A DNA stretch of 64,000 bases from Candidatus Woesearchaeota archaeon (GCA_018303505.1 JAGVYA010000020.1:97-64096), one strand, 5' to 3'; counted from the first letter of the stretch, positions 36,677-46,472 are shown. The notes: a model not told the origin generated them from the sequence alone. Program-made: numbers and translations.

Positions 36677-37582
36677 TTATTCAACATAAGTAAGCCATTT
36701 ACTGTACTTCTTGTCTTTTCCCCTTACAATATTGTAGTATTTGTCTTTGGTTTTTGAGGTTATTTCTCCAACTTTTCCGTTTCCAATCTTTTTGTTGTCA
36801 ATGGATATTACAGGCGCTATTTCAGTTGCAGTGCCGCAGAAGAAAAGCTCGTCAGCGTTTTTGACTTCTTTAATAGTCACTTTTCTCTCATAAGCTCTAA
36901 TTCCAATATCGCGGCTTATTTTTAATATCGATTTTCTTGTTATTCCAGGCAGCGCGCTCCTGCTATTAGGTGTTATCAAAGTTCTGTTTTTAACAAGAAA
37001 TATATTTTCAGCAGGGCCCTCCGCAACATAGCCGTTAAGGTCAAGCATCAATGCTTCGTCAAAACATTTTTTTCTTACCTCATACATTGCAAGAATCGAG
37101 TTTGCATAATTGCCGCTTATCTTTGCGCCAAAAACAGATGATTTTTCAGAATGCCTTGCATACTTAGATATCATAATCCTCAAATTTGTTGAATAATAAT
37201 GCTCCCACGGCACGGTTATGATAGCCACATTAGTCGGAACATCTTTTGGGAAAACTCCAATGTTCCCATAACCATAGTAAACGACTGGCCTTATATAAGC
37301 GTCACTTACTTTATTTATTTTTATCAGGTTTTTGATTGCGTCCTTTAATTGCTTTTTTGTAAATTTAAGCTTCATGCTCAAAGCATTTGCAGAATGAAAA
37401 AGCCTGTCAAGATGGTCGTCAAGCCTAAATATAGCAGTTCCGTCATCTGCCTTATAGGAATGTATTCCCTCAAATACAGCGGACCCGTAGTGAATTGCAT
37501 GAGTTAGAATATGTACTTTTGCATCTTTCCATTTCACAAACTTTCCATCCATCCAGATGAATTTTGTTTTAATTATAGCCAT
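36677..37582 (-). CDS. ilvE: branched-chain amino acid aminotransferase
   Basis: Class IV aminotransferase pattern: HYGSAVFEGI, RPVVYYG, EGPAENIF, PGITR. Confidence 0.88.
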   Translation of the reverse strand: MAIIKTKFIWMDGKFVKWKDAKVHILTHAIHYGSAVFEGIHSYKADDGTAIFRLDDHLDRLFHSANALSMKLKFTKKQLKDAIKNLIKINKVSDAYIRPVVYYGYGNIGVFPKDVPTNVAIITVPWEHYYSTNLRIMISKYARHSEKSSVFGAKISGNYANSILAMYEVRKKCFDEALMLDLNGYVAEGPAENIFLVKNRTLITPNSRSALPGITRKSILKISRDIGIRAYERKVTIKEVKNADELFFCGTATEIAPVISIDNKKIGNGKVGEITSKTKDKYYNIVRGKDKKYSKWLTYVE

Positions 37583-38361
37583 ACTGCATTAAGATGCCTA
37601 TCTGACAGTTTTATTGTTGCTTTGCTTCCGTTTTTGAAACTATACTCCCTGCTGACAGAATCAGCTATTAAGACTCCATCAAGCATCTCTGAAACAATTT
37701 TTATTTTTTGGTTTTTATTTAATATTCCATATTTAAATTTGTAGTTTTTGAAAACCTTGCCTTCATATGGCTCGCGCACAACAAACTGGCAGTTTTTTGA
37801 ATTTAATGGCAAAGTTTTGTTGCAGCAGGATTTGGCCCATGCATAGCTTCCAGTTGGCGTAGTTACCAGAATGCCGCTGCTTTTCTGCCTTTCATTTTTG
37901 CTGCCCACTTGTATTGTGTACTTTGCCGCATGATATGATTTTCTTGCCCCAATAAAGAATTCATTCAAAGCAAAAGTTTCAATTTTTTTGTTGTTAATGC
38001 AAGCCTCTAATCTCGGCAGTTTCCTGACGTTGAATTGATTTTTAATTATTTTTTTTAGTTTTTTTTCAAAATCATTTTTATTGGATTTCATGAAAAACCC
38101 TTCCTTGTTTTTCACATCAGCGTTCACTCCAAGCAAAAGCTGGTTTTCAACAAAATGCGCAGCCCTCAGGAAAGTGCCATCACCTCCAACGGCAATCACC
38201 AAATCCTTGTTTTTGAATTGATTTTTATTTAAGTTGTCCCTGTTGGACAATCTGCAGTTTATATTATATTTTTTAATTATTTTTTTGACTATTTCCAAGG
38301 TTGATTTTTGCTCTTTGGTTCTTGGGGACGTGTAGACCACCAATATGTTATTGATTTTCAT
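37573..38361 (-). CDS. nadK: NAD kinase
   Basis: VIAVGGDGTFLRAA and a C-terminal beta-domain pattern. Confidence 0.85.
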   Translation of the reverse strand: MKINNILVVYTSPRTKEQKSTLEIVKKIIKKYNINCRLSNRDNLNKNQFKNKDLVIAVGGDGTFLRAAHFVENQLLLGVNADVKNKEGFFMKSNKNDFEKKLKKIIKNQFNVRKLPRLEACINNKKIETFALNEFFIGARKSYHAAKYTIQVGSKNERQKSSGILVTTPTGSYAWAKSCCNKTLPLNSKNCQFVVREPYEGKVFKNYKFKYGILNKNQKIKIVSEMLDGVLIADSVSREYSFKNGSKATIKLSDRHLNAVWL

Positions 38362-38463
38362 TATATAATTAAGTATTCAATTTGTTTATATGCTTTATTG
38401 TTTTTTTGCAGGGATTAAGTACAGTAAGATTTTTAAAGTAAACATCACAATTTCATATTTAAA

Positions 38464-39252
38464 ATGTTAGAAAAATATATCCCAGGGACATACACAATAC
38501 CGGAATTGGTATTAGGGAAAAAGATGGTTCTTAGAGATATTAATATTGAGGTTTTTAGCGATAGATCATTTCCTAGGGACAAGCTAATCGTTGGCTTTAT
38601 GGGTTCTGCTGGAAAAGAGCCTGATATGAATGGGTATGTATTCGAGCCAACACCTGAACTAAAAGTCAGGGGAGAGATGCTAGGAAAGATAGTTGCTGAA
38701 GAAGATGGAATTGCAAGTAATGGTGCTGTCTGGGGAGCTCCTTACTATCCAATTCGTGGCGCTCATGAAAGCGGAGGTTTTACAATGGGCGTGTCCCCTT
38801 TCCCGGACGAGAAGTCCCATGTCAAATCAAACCCCATTAAGCACTTAGATTTACTGATTTACCTCGGTATTGGTTGTTTCATCAACCCTAGGGCAGATTT
38901 TACTTTTAGGGACTGGTGTAACAGTATTTTTCCCGATGTGTTTTTTTCAGAAGATGGAAGGTGGGGTACTGCAAATGAAGTTACACAATACATTGAAATT
39001 GGAGGGATCTATGTTCCAGCAAAGGGGAGTGGTGGAGCTACAGACATGATTGTGGATGCTTATGAATCTAAAAAAATTGTTAAGGACACTGGCGCAATCT
39101 TTGTTATTCAAGATGATTTAGAAGATGGGTTGGAGTATAAACTTAGAAAGGCGATGGCTCTTGCCAAGGAAAGATGGAAGAAAGAAGGCAGGGCACAAAA
39201 CCGGTTTTCTTATGTTGCAGACGAATTAGAAAAAGTAATGTTTGCAAAATAA
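38464..39252 (+). CDS. LOG/SLOG-type Rossmann-fold nucleotide-binding protein (COG1611/TIGR00725-like)
   Basis: IVGFMGSAG...NGAVWGAPYYPIRGAHESGGFTMGVSP...GRWGTANEV. Confidence 0.5.
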   Translation: MLEKYIPGTYTIPELVLGKKMVLRDINIEVFSDRSFPRDKLIVGFMGSAGKEPDMNGYVFEPTPELKVRGEMLGKIVAEEDGIASNGAVWGAPYYPIRGAHESGGFTMGVSPFPDEKSHVKSNPIKHLDLLIYLGIGCFINPRADFTFRDWCNSIFPDVFFSEDGRWGTANEVTQYIEIGGIYVPAKGSGGATDMIVDAYESKKIVKDTGAIFVIQDDLEDGLEYKLRKAMALAKERWKKEGRAQNRFSYVADELEKVMFAK

Positions 39253-39356
39253 TTGCATAACTATTTCTTTTTAAACACGGCATTGAAATTTTGTTGTTAT
39301 TCAAACTCTGCTTAAAAAATCAAAACCTTTTTATTCTTTTTGCAAAAGCTCAGTTT

Positions 39357-39977
39357 ATGAAGAATTGGAAGAAAAAATGGAAGAAAATATGGTATTTTAT
39401 ATGGGAGGATAACAGTATTTGGAGCTGGGTTGTCAACATTTTAGTGGCTTTTGTGCTTATCAAGTTTATTGTTTACCCTGGTTTGGGGCTGGCTCTTCAG
39501 ACATCCCATCCAGTTGTTGCTGTTGTGAGCGAAAGCATGGAACACAATAATGGGTTTGACAATTGGTGGCAAAAATCAAGCAATTGGTACATTAACAACA
39601 GCGTAAACAAAGGAGATTTTGACAAATTTCCATTGAAAAATGGATTTAATAAAGGCGACATAATGGTTTTGAAAGGCAAAAAGCCTGAAAATATTGAAAT
39701 TGGCGATGTTGTTGTGTTCTGGAGCGCTAAAAAGGACCCTATAATCCATAGGGTTGTCAAGAAATGGCAGGATAACAATATTTATTACTTCCAAACTAAG
39801 GGGGATAACTATAAAACAAACCCCATGTCCATAAAAAGCGCTTTTCTTGATGAAACAAAGATAAGCGAAGAGAGTATTGTAGGCAACGCTGTCTTAAGAA
39901 TTCCTTTGCTTGGCTATGTCAAGATATTGTTTGTGGAAGCATTCAATATTTTAAAGGGCATTACCCAAAAAGGTTAA
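39357..39977 (+). CDS. signal peptidase I, archaeal/eukaryal type (S26B)
   Basis: VVSESMEH, GDIMVLKG, IIHRVV, TKGDNYKTNP. Track ORF trimmed to MKNWKKKW. Confidence 0.8.
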   Translation: MKNWKKKWKKIWYFIWEDNSIWSWVVNILVAFVLIKFIVYPGLGLALQTSHPVVAVVSESMEHNNGFDNWWQKSSNWYINNSVNKGDFDKFPLKNGFNKGDIMVLKGKKPENIEIGDVVVFWSAKKDPIIHRVVKKWQDNNIYYFQTKGDNYKTNPMSIKSAFLDETKISEESIVGNAVLRIPLLGYVKILFVEAFNILKGITQKG

Positions 39978-40013
39978 ATTTATATAGAATTTGTCAAAGT
40001 TTTTAGATTTAAG

Positions 40014-40331
40014 ATGTTTTGCCCTAAATGCGGCTCAATTCTTGTGCCAAGGAAAGAAGACAGCAAAAAGATGCTTGTTTGCTCTTGCGGATACAAAACA
40101 ACGCAAGTAGCTGGCGCTACAGTCAAAGAGACTATTATAAAAACAGACAAAGCTGTTGAAGTGATAGACAAAGGCGAGCTGCAGACACTGCCTAAAACAA
40201 CTGCAGAATGCCCTAAATGCGGGCATAAAACAGCTTACTTCTGGCTTGTGCAGACAAGAGCAGGGGATGAGCCGGAAACAAAGTTCTTAAGGTGCGAGAA
40301 ATGCGGGCACACTTGGAGAGATTATGATTAA
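40014..40331 (+). CDS. tfs: transcription factor S
   Basis: MFCPKCGSILVP...CPKCGHKTAYFWLVQTRAGDEPETKFLRCEKCGHTWRDYD. Confidence 0.92.
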   Translation: MFCPKCGSILVPRKEDSKKMLVCSCGYKTTQVAGATVKETIIKTDKAVEVIDKGELQTLPKTTAECPKCGHKTAYFWLVQTRAGDEPETKFLRCEKCGHTWRDYD

Positions 40332-40702
40332 GTTGGTTCTTGTGGCTTTTGCCTAATTATTCGGTCAATATCTTTCACGTCAAAAGGTTTTATAATCAAT
40401 TTGTCTCCTGCTACCATTCTAGCCTTATTAAATAATTCACCTACAGTCTCGGCTGCCATTATATAAACATTTTTTATACCCCTAGAAAGTGCATAGTTCC
40501 AAACTTCTACACCAGTTGGTGTTTGCTTTAGGTCAGTAAATACGAAGTCATAAGGGTTCTGTGCCAGTTTGTAGAGTCCTTCTTGAGTAGTTTCTGCATA
40601 GTCCGTATTTACGCCAAGGCCTTTTAATATCCATTCAAACGATTCCCTCACACCAAGTTCATCATCAATTATCAGTGCTGTCAGCGTTCTTTGTCCTTCC
40701 AT
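40328..40702 (-). CDS. single-domain response regulator (REC)
   Basis: ALIIDDELG, DFVFTDLKQ, LIIKPF. Trimmed to MEGQRTL. Confidence 0.75.
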   Translation of the reverse strand: MEGQRTLTALIIDDELGVRESFEWILKGLGVNTDYAETTQEGLYKLAQNPYDFVFTDLKQTPTGVEVWNYALSRGIKNVYIMAAETVGELFNKARMVAGDKLIIKPFDVKDIDRIIRQKPQEPT

Positions 40703-40706
40703 TTTA

Positions 40707-41126
40707 TCAGAGTCCTTTATCTGATTTAATTTTTTTGATATATTCCTGAATAGTATCAAGCGAAAATGGTTTTTGTATTACACCATCGGGTCCTAATTGC
40801 CCAAGCAAGCCATAGAGTTTTTTGTAAGTATCATCAGACTGACGTCCTGTTACAACATAAACTGGTGTTGGTTGAGATATGCCCTTAATCCGTTTAACTA
40901 CTTCTATCCCACTTGCTTCTGGCATATTTAAGTCTGTGAATACTGCGTCATATGGTTTTCCCCCATTAAACATTGAAACATATTTTTCTATACCATCTTT
41001 TCCATTCAAAGCTGTAGTAACATTTGCCCCACATGGCTCGATTATTTCCTTTAGAAAGTCTCTAATTAAAGGATCATCATCTATGACTAAGACTTCTAGC
41101 CGTCTACCTTGGTTTATTTCTGGCAT
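40707..41126 (-). CDS. single-domain response regulator (REC)
   Basis: VLVIDDDPL, DAVFTDLNMPEASG, VIQKPF. Confidence 0.8.
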   Translation of the reverse strand: MPEINQGRRLEVLVIDDDPLIRDFLKEIIEPCGANVTTALNGKDGIEKYVSMFNGGKPYDAVFTDLNMPEASGIEVVKRIKGISQPTPVYVVTGRQSDDTYKKLYGLLGQLGPDGVIQKPFSLDTIQEYIKKIKSDKGL

Positions 41127-41230
41127 ATGGGTATATAATGGTATGTCTATTTATAAATCTTTTTATTTTTGTTATTATAAAGTGGTGAAAAATAGAAAAG
41201 TTTAAATACTAGTTTTAAGGTGATTATGCT

Positions 41231-41461
41231 ATGAGAAATGAGAGAATAGTTAGTGTTGATTTGACTAACCCATATTTAATTGCCATAGTAGCAGAACTAA
41301 TTGGTTTAAATAATCAACCAAAAAAAGAAAGACCAAAACCTGAAAAAAGAGAGGGTATTCAACCTGTACCACCAGTTTATCATACTTATGATAGCCAAGG
41401 CAGGCTTCCAAAGTATGGAGAAAGACCGCCACAATATGTTCCTATTGATTTGAGAGTATAA
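41231..41461 (+). CDS. small Pro-rich hypothetical protein
   Basis: Track ORF only. Confidence 0.35.
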   Translation: MRNERIVSVDLTNPYLIAIVAELIGLNNQPKKERPKPEKREGIQPVPPVYHTYDSQGRLPKYGERPPQYVPIDLRV

Positions 41462-41542
41462 ATTTTACACCATATAGCTTTTTCTTAAAACCAATAAATA
41501 TTTAAAAATAAACAAATATGGCAATTAAAAAGAGGTATAAAT

Positions 41543-42463
41543 ATGTTATTCTCTAAACTTAAGCATAAAGATGAAGAGCTTCTTCCGCCTCCACCTCCGT
41601 TTCCTAATCTGGAGTTTGAAGAACAAGCTGAGGAAAAGCCCAAGTTCTTTGACGAAATCATAAAGCCAAAAAAAGCTGAAACTTTTCCTGAAGAAAAGGA
41701 GTTTAGCGAATTAGTAAAAAAAGTGGAAGAATTAAAGCCAAAAAAAATGTTAAGCAAAAGGGAAAAAACAATTGCAAAAAAACGATTCAAAAAAATAACT
41801 CAACAAAAAAAAATAAAGGTAAAGAAAGCGCAACCAATAAAAATAATTCAAGTTAAACCAATAAAAGAAAAGAAAATAACATTAAAAAAACCTTCAATAA
41901 AACAAGCTAAAAAACCTTTACCAAAAATAAAACAAAAATTACCAATTAAAAAAACAAAAACACCAAAAATTGAACTGCCTGAGTTGAAAGAAGATTTTCT
42001 TAAGGATATTGACTTTGGGCTTCCAAAAAAACTTGAAAAATCTAAAGAAGGAACTGGATTTCCGGAAACATTAGAAGATTTTGATATTGAGGGGGAATAT
42101 AAACAAAAACCTAAAGAAATTTTAGAGGCTGAAGAGGAGATAAAAAGCGCTATTGAAAATATAAAAAAGCAGGAAAATAAATCTATATTAAAGAGGTTAT
42201 TTTCAAAGAAGTTAAAAGAAGAAGCGCCAGAAGAGCGTCTAATGCTTGAACTTCCAGCAGTAGATAATCTTTCCAAAATACAAAATAAAATAAATGAAGC
42301 AAGGCAGGCATTGATGAAATTTGACTTGAAGACGGCAAAGAGGAACTACATTGAGGCAATGAGGCTCTACAACAATATAAGCCCGGAAGATAAAGCCAAA
42401 GTCTACCATGACATAAAAGAACTTTATTTTGAGAGAAAAAGCGCAGAGGAACTAAAGGTTTAG
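41543..42463 (+). CDS. Lys/Pro-rich low-complexity protein with helical C-terminal domain
   Basis: N-terminal ELLPPPPPFPNLEFEE. C-terminal ..AKRNYIEAMRLYNNISPEDKAKVYHDIKELY. Paralogous to 42838..43773. Confidence 0.6.
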   Translation: MLFSKLKHKDEELLPPPPPFPNLEFEEQAEEKPKFFDEIIKPKKAETFPEEKEFSELVKKVEELKPKKMLSKREKTIAKKRFKKITQQKKIKVKKAQPIKIIQVKPIKEKKITLKKPSIKQAKKPLPKIKQKLPIKKTKTPKIELPELKEDFLKDIDFGLPKKLEKSKEGTGFPETLEDFDIEGEYKQKPKEILEAEEEIKSAIENIKKQENKSILKRLFSKKLKEEAPEERLMLELPAVDNLSKIQNKINEARQALMKFDLKTAKRNYIEAMRLYNNISPEDKAKVYHDIKELYFERKSAEELKV

Positions 42464-42499
42464 CTGATTTCTATCTTCTCCCCCACTTTCAACCTTAAC
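42453..42499. repeat. direct repeat copy 1 (47 bp, 3 mismatches to 43804-43850)
   Basis: taaaggtttagctgatttctatcttctcccccactttcaaccttaac. Confidence 0.9.
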
Positions 42500-42837
42500 T
42501 AGACCAAATCGTAAATAATTGCTCGCAATTAATCGGCGAGTTTATTGTATTTTACTCTTTTAATTATGAATTAATAATTACGAATCAGTGCACTTAATCT
42601 TTTTTTTGGCTTTAATCTTTCCATTTCCTTCAGCAGGTCTTCAAATTCCTCATCTTTATCCTTGGCTTTTTTTGGCTTTGCGTCAGTAGAAATATCCGGC
42701 TCTTTTTCCTCCTCAAGCTCCATGCTTGGAAAAGCCGGCGAAATAACCTTAAATATAAAGAATAAATTTTATGATGTTGTGAGGGGAATATACAAAAAGT
42801 ACAGGCAACGGCTCGCCTATGCTGATTAAACAATAAT

Positions 42838-43773
42838 TCATTTCAAACTGTTGTACAAATCCATTAATTCACCATAAACTTCCTTTTTCTCGTGGTATTC
42901 CATGCTCATATAAAGATTTCTCACCTCTAAGTATAGCTTCTTGGCTTTTGCAGCATTGCCCTTGCTAATGGATTCTTTTGCCTCATGCAAAGCTTTGTAG
43001 CATTTGCCAAAAGCTTTGCTTTTTCCTGTGAGCTTGATCTTAGGCTTTTCCTCTTTTACCTTTTCTTTTGCCTTGACAACCTCTTTTTCAAAGAATTTCT
43101 TTTCTGGAGATATTTTTTCTTCTTTTATTGGTGTTGATTTTTCCTCTTTTTTCAGCAGCCTCTCAAATATGCCTGGCTTTTTCTTCGAAATTTCGAATTT
43201 ACCCTTTTCCATCTCCTTGAAAAGCCCCAAGCTTTTGATTGCCTCCTCTAATTCCTCTGCTTCGCTGGCTGGCTTTGATTTTTTTGGCTTTTCTTCTACC
43301 TCTTCAGGGACAGCTTCTATTTTTTCTGAAATTGGCTCTTGAGCCTCTCTTTTGCCGAACAGTCTTCCTAAAATAGTAGGCTTCTCCTCAAGGATTGGTT
43401 CTTCTTCCTTTAACTCCTCTTTTATCTCTTCCCGCTCATGCTCTTTCTTCCTGAACAAGCGCTCAAACAAGCCGGCTTTCTTTTCTTCCTGCTTCTTTTC
43501 TTCTATTTCTTTTTGTTTTGCTAATGACTCTTGCTTAATCTTTTCTTCTTTCAGCCTTAGCCTCTCCTCCAAAGCCTTTCTTTTTTCCTCTTCTTTTTCT
43601 TTCCTTATTTTTTGTGCCCTTTCCTTATAGCCAGACACCAGATTTTTTAAGAAAGTCAAACTAAACTTTGACAGCTCTGCTTTATTCTGAGCTTTTATTT
43701 GAGCCTGCCTTTGCTTTTCCAACTCCTTTTGTGCCCTTTCCTGTTCTTTTGCCCTTCTCTCATCATCCTTCAT
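42838..43773 (-). CDS. Lys/Glu-rich low-complexity protein, paralogue of 41543..42463
   Basis: C-terminal ..AKAKKLYLEVRNLYMSMEYHEKKEVYGELMDLY aligns with the C-terminus of the neighbour. Confidence 0.6.
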   Translation of the reverse strand: MKDDERRAKEQERAQKELEKQRQAQIKAQNKAELSKFSLTFLKNLVSGYKERAQKIRKEKEEEKRKALEERLRLKEEKIKQESLAKQKEIEEKKQEEKKAGLFERLFRKKEHEREEIKEELKEEEPILEEKPTILGRLFGKREAQEPISEKIEAVPEEVEEKPKKSKPASEAEELEEAIKSLGLFKEMEKGKFEISKKKPGIFERLLKKEEKSTPIKEEKISPEKKFFEKEVVKAKEKVKEEKPKIKLTGKSKAFGKCYKALHEAKESISKGNAAKAKKLYLEVRNLYMSMEYHEKKEVYGELMDLYNSLK

Positions 43774-43803
43774 CTTCTTTTCCTCTTCAGATTTTCTTTT
43801 TGG

Positions 43804-43850
43804 TAAAGGTTTAGCTTATTTCTATCTTATCCCCCACTTTCAATCTTAAC
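43804..43850. repeat. direct repeat copy 2 (47 bp)
   Basis: taaaggtttagcttatttctatcttatcccccactttcaatcttaac; contains the last 12 codons and stop of 43811..44536. Confidence 0.9.
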
Positions 43851-44536
43851 CTTTTAGATGCTTTGGAATTTTTTACAGAGATTTCAAGCGTGCCAGAGCT
43901 TCCTTTGATGAGAAACAGCTTATTTAAAGGTGCTGATTCATAAGTTTTGTAAAGGCTTAATTTTTGATTAAAATGTCCTGTTTTTACTTTGTATGATTTT
44001 TTATTTAACGAACTCAAGTTTGTTATTATATTGCTGAAATTATCAATCCTCACAACTTCGCCTTCTCTGCCTTCAATATGAAAATCAAGCTTTGTTTTTA
44101 TTGTTGTTTGCTTGCCTAGTTTATCAATTTTAACTCCTTTTTCAAGCATTGCTGCTGCTTTTGCAAACACATCTCTTCCGTGAAAAGTCATCGATGTGTT
44201 TTTTACAGGCAATTTGACTGCAGCAACAAATCCATCTTCAAAAGCTGCCTTGTGCATCAACCCATTATCAGGTCCCACAAAAAAATAATTCCTGGTTTTG
44301 ACGGCCAGGCACTGTCTTTTGCTTCCAACTCCGGGATCAACAACGCATAAAAATATGGTATTTTTTGGAAAATACCTGTAGTTCTTATATAATATCCATG
44401 CGCCTTCCTTTATGTTATGGTGAGTCACAAAATTAGACAAATCAACTATTTTTGTGTTCTTTTTAATAGAATAAATAACCCCCTTCATCACACCCAGATA
44501 CTCAGAATGCCCAAAGTCCGTCAATATCACAATCAT
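43811..44536 (-). CDS. SAM hydroxide adenosyltransferase family protein (DUF62)
   Basis: MIVILTDFGHSEYLGVMKGVIYSI... N-terminus. Confidence 0.7.
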   Translation of the reverse strand: MIVILTDFGHSEYLGVMKGVIYSIKKNTKIVDLSNFVTHHNIKEGAWILYKNYRYFPKNTIFLCVVDPGVGSKRQCLAVKTRNYFFVGPDNGLMHKAAFEDGFVAAVKLPVKNTSMTFHGRDVFAKAAAMLEKGVKIDKLGKQTTIKTKLDFHIEGREGEVVRIDNFSNIITNLSSLNKKSYKVKTGHFNQKLSLYKTYESAPLNKLFLIKGSSGTLEISVKNSKASKRLRLKVGDKIEIS

Positions 44537-44617
44537 ACAGCAAAGTTATTATACATTTTATTTAAAGTTTTGCGATTTTGCATAAATTTAATAAATTAGC
44601 TTGAAATCTCAAAGTCT

Positions 44618-45241
44618 ATGAAAAAAGGAATTTTTATTGTTGTTGACGGCATTGACGGCTCTGGCAAAAGCGAGATAGTCAAGATGCTGCACAACTACCT
44701 TTTTTCAAAAAGCAAGAAATACGGGATTTTGACAACAAGAGAGCCAACAAATGGAATATATGGAAAGCAAATAAGACAAATGCTAAGAAAAGAGAATGAT
44801 CCGGAAAGCAGCAGCAAAAAATTGATGAGCCTATTTATAAAAGACAGGGCAGAACACTTAAAAAATACAATAGAGCTGTTTTTAAAAAAATCTAATAAGC
44901 ACGAATTAAACATTGTGCTTTGCGACCGCTATTATTATTCGACAATTGCTTTCCAGAGCGCGCAGGGATTAAACATTAAAGATATGATTGAAAAAAATAA
45001 GATATTCAGAGAGCCTGATATAGCATTTATCCTTGATGTTGAGCCTTACTTGGCGCTAGAAAGAATAGAATACAGGAAAAAAGAAAAGTTCGAGCAGCTT
45101 GAATTCATGAAAAAGATAAGAAAGAATTTCCTTAGATTGCCAAAATTATTGAGCGATAATATAAGAATTATAGACTCTTCAAAGCCTTTAAAGAAGGTTT
45201 TTGAAAGTGTAAGGAAAGAAGTGGATAGAATATTAAATTGA
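44618..45241 (+). CDS. tmk: thymidylate kinase
   Basis: GIFIVVDGIDGSGKS P-loop, CDRYYYST, lid region. Confidence 0.88.
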   Translation: MKKGIFIVVDGIDGSGKSEIVKMLHNYLFSKSKKYGILTTREPTNGIYGKQIRQMLRKENDPESSSKKLMSLFIKDRAEHLKNTIELFLKKSNKHELNIVLCDRYYYSTIAFQSAQGLNIKDMIEKNKIFREPDIAFILDVEPYLALERIEYRKKEKFEQLEFMKKIRKNFLRLPKLLSDNIRIIDSSKPLKKVFESVRKEVDRILN

Positions 45242-45885
45242 TTATTTTGAATATTTTTTTCTTACCACAGCATTATCAATAGTCATTATAAAATTTTTAT
45301 AAAATATTCTTAAAATATCGTCAACATTATGGGTTTGCCAACCATTTTGAATCTCTATTCTTCTTATATTTCCAACAACACCTGCATCCCTCATCTCATA
45401 TTCTGCCATTAACTCTTCTGGGAACATCACTTTTCTGGGAACGCTAAAGTAAGCATGACTGCGTTCCGGGAAAATTTCAATATAATGATCCCCGCCAGGC
45501 CCATTCGGACTTATTTTTTCTTTTCCTATGTACAGTCCACCTTTGATTGGAAATGGACTTACATATTTCCCAGAATCTACTTGGCGAATTTGACCTAGCT
45601 TTATTTTTGAGTTTGAGGGTCTCGCTCAAAAGATTCAAGTTCAAACTGAATACCAACTATCTTGCCTTTTACTGCTTCTAAATCTTTGACTGTATCTTCA
45701 AGTGCTTCGCCAAGAACAGAAACTGCAAGCTCTACATCAATTCCTTCTTCTCTCATTGAAGGGTGGTAAGGTGGTAGCCAAATTCTTTCAAAATCATAGA
45801 ATTTCTTGCCATCTCTAGTCTTTGCTTCAACAATCTCGACAGGAAAATGCTCCCTCTGAAACAATAATCGAGAAATATCTGTCAT
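45242..45885 (-). pseudogene. hypothetical protein split by a frameshift in a 5-nt homopolymer
   Basis: Track ORF 45601..45885 ends ..DPQTQK-stop at caaaaataa. Adding one A continues K-I-K-LGQIRQVDSGKYVSPFPIKGGLYIGKEKISPNGPGGDHYIEIFPERSHAYFSVPRKV into track ORF 45242..45430 with no intervening stop. Confidence 0.55.
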
Positions 45886-45893
45886 TTTGAAAA

Positions 45894-46289
45894 TTAGGGC
45901 GTTCTCACATTGCTGTCGCTTTTGTAATAAGGCTCTGAAATGTCTTCAACTGGTTCTTTTTCTTCAATTTTCTCCATAACAGCTTGCTTCTGCTCTTTTC
46001 TGAATCTAAGCTCTCCGCCTTTAAAAATCCATGCTGAAATTACTATCGCCAAGCCTATTATTACAGCAGGCCAGAATAAGTTATATTGGACAATTGTTTT
46101 CTGTATTGTTGGATAAGAATGGCATGAAAAATCAGAGCCGCAATATGACTCTGAGCCGCAGTCTCTATTAACCTTGCATTCTCTTTGGCTAACATTAATA
46201 AGCCAGCCTAGAAAAAATACTATAACTATGATTACTAGTAAAGTAGTAGCTGCTTCTGACTTCTTATATAGCCACCCCATAACAAGCAA
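45894..46289 (-). CDS. membrane protein with extracytoplasmic Cys-rich loop
   Basis: Two hydrophobic segments flanking RECKVNRDCGSESYCGSDFSCH. Confidence 0.5.
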   Translation of the reverse strand: MLVMGWLYKKSEAATTLLVIIVIVFFLGWLINVSQRECKVNRDCGSESYCGSDFSCHSYPTIQKTIVQYNLFWPAVIIGLAIVISAWIFKGGELRFRKEQKQAVMEKIEEKEPVEDISEPYYKSDSNVRTP

Positions 46290-46346
46290 GTTATATAGAT
46301 GTATTTTTAAATCTTTTCTTAATGACTACTTGAAAGTAAGTAAGAA

Positions 46347-46472
46347 CTAGTCAACTAGTTGTTGCTCTTCTTGATTAATTGGTTTAGCTTCATCAGCAGC
46401 AAATTCCGCCAGTTTCGTGTTTTTCTGTACTGTCTTGAACCTTATCGGCTTGCTTGTATCCTTGCCCATCAT
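46347..46472 (-). CDS. possible small protein (41 aa)
   Basis: Own translation: MMGKDTSKPIRFKTVQKNTKLAEFAADEAKPINQEEQQLVD. Preceded by GAGGTGGG. Directly downstream of dut. Confidence 0.3.
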   Translation of the reverse strand: MMGKDTSKPIRFKTVQKNTKLAEFAADEAKPINQEEQQLVD

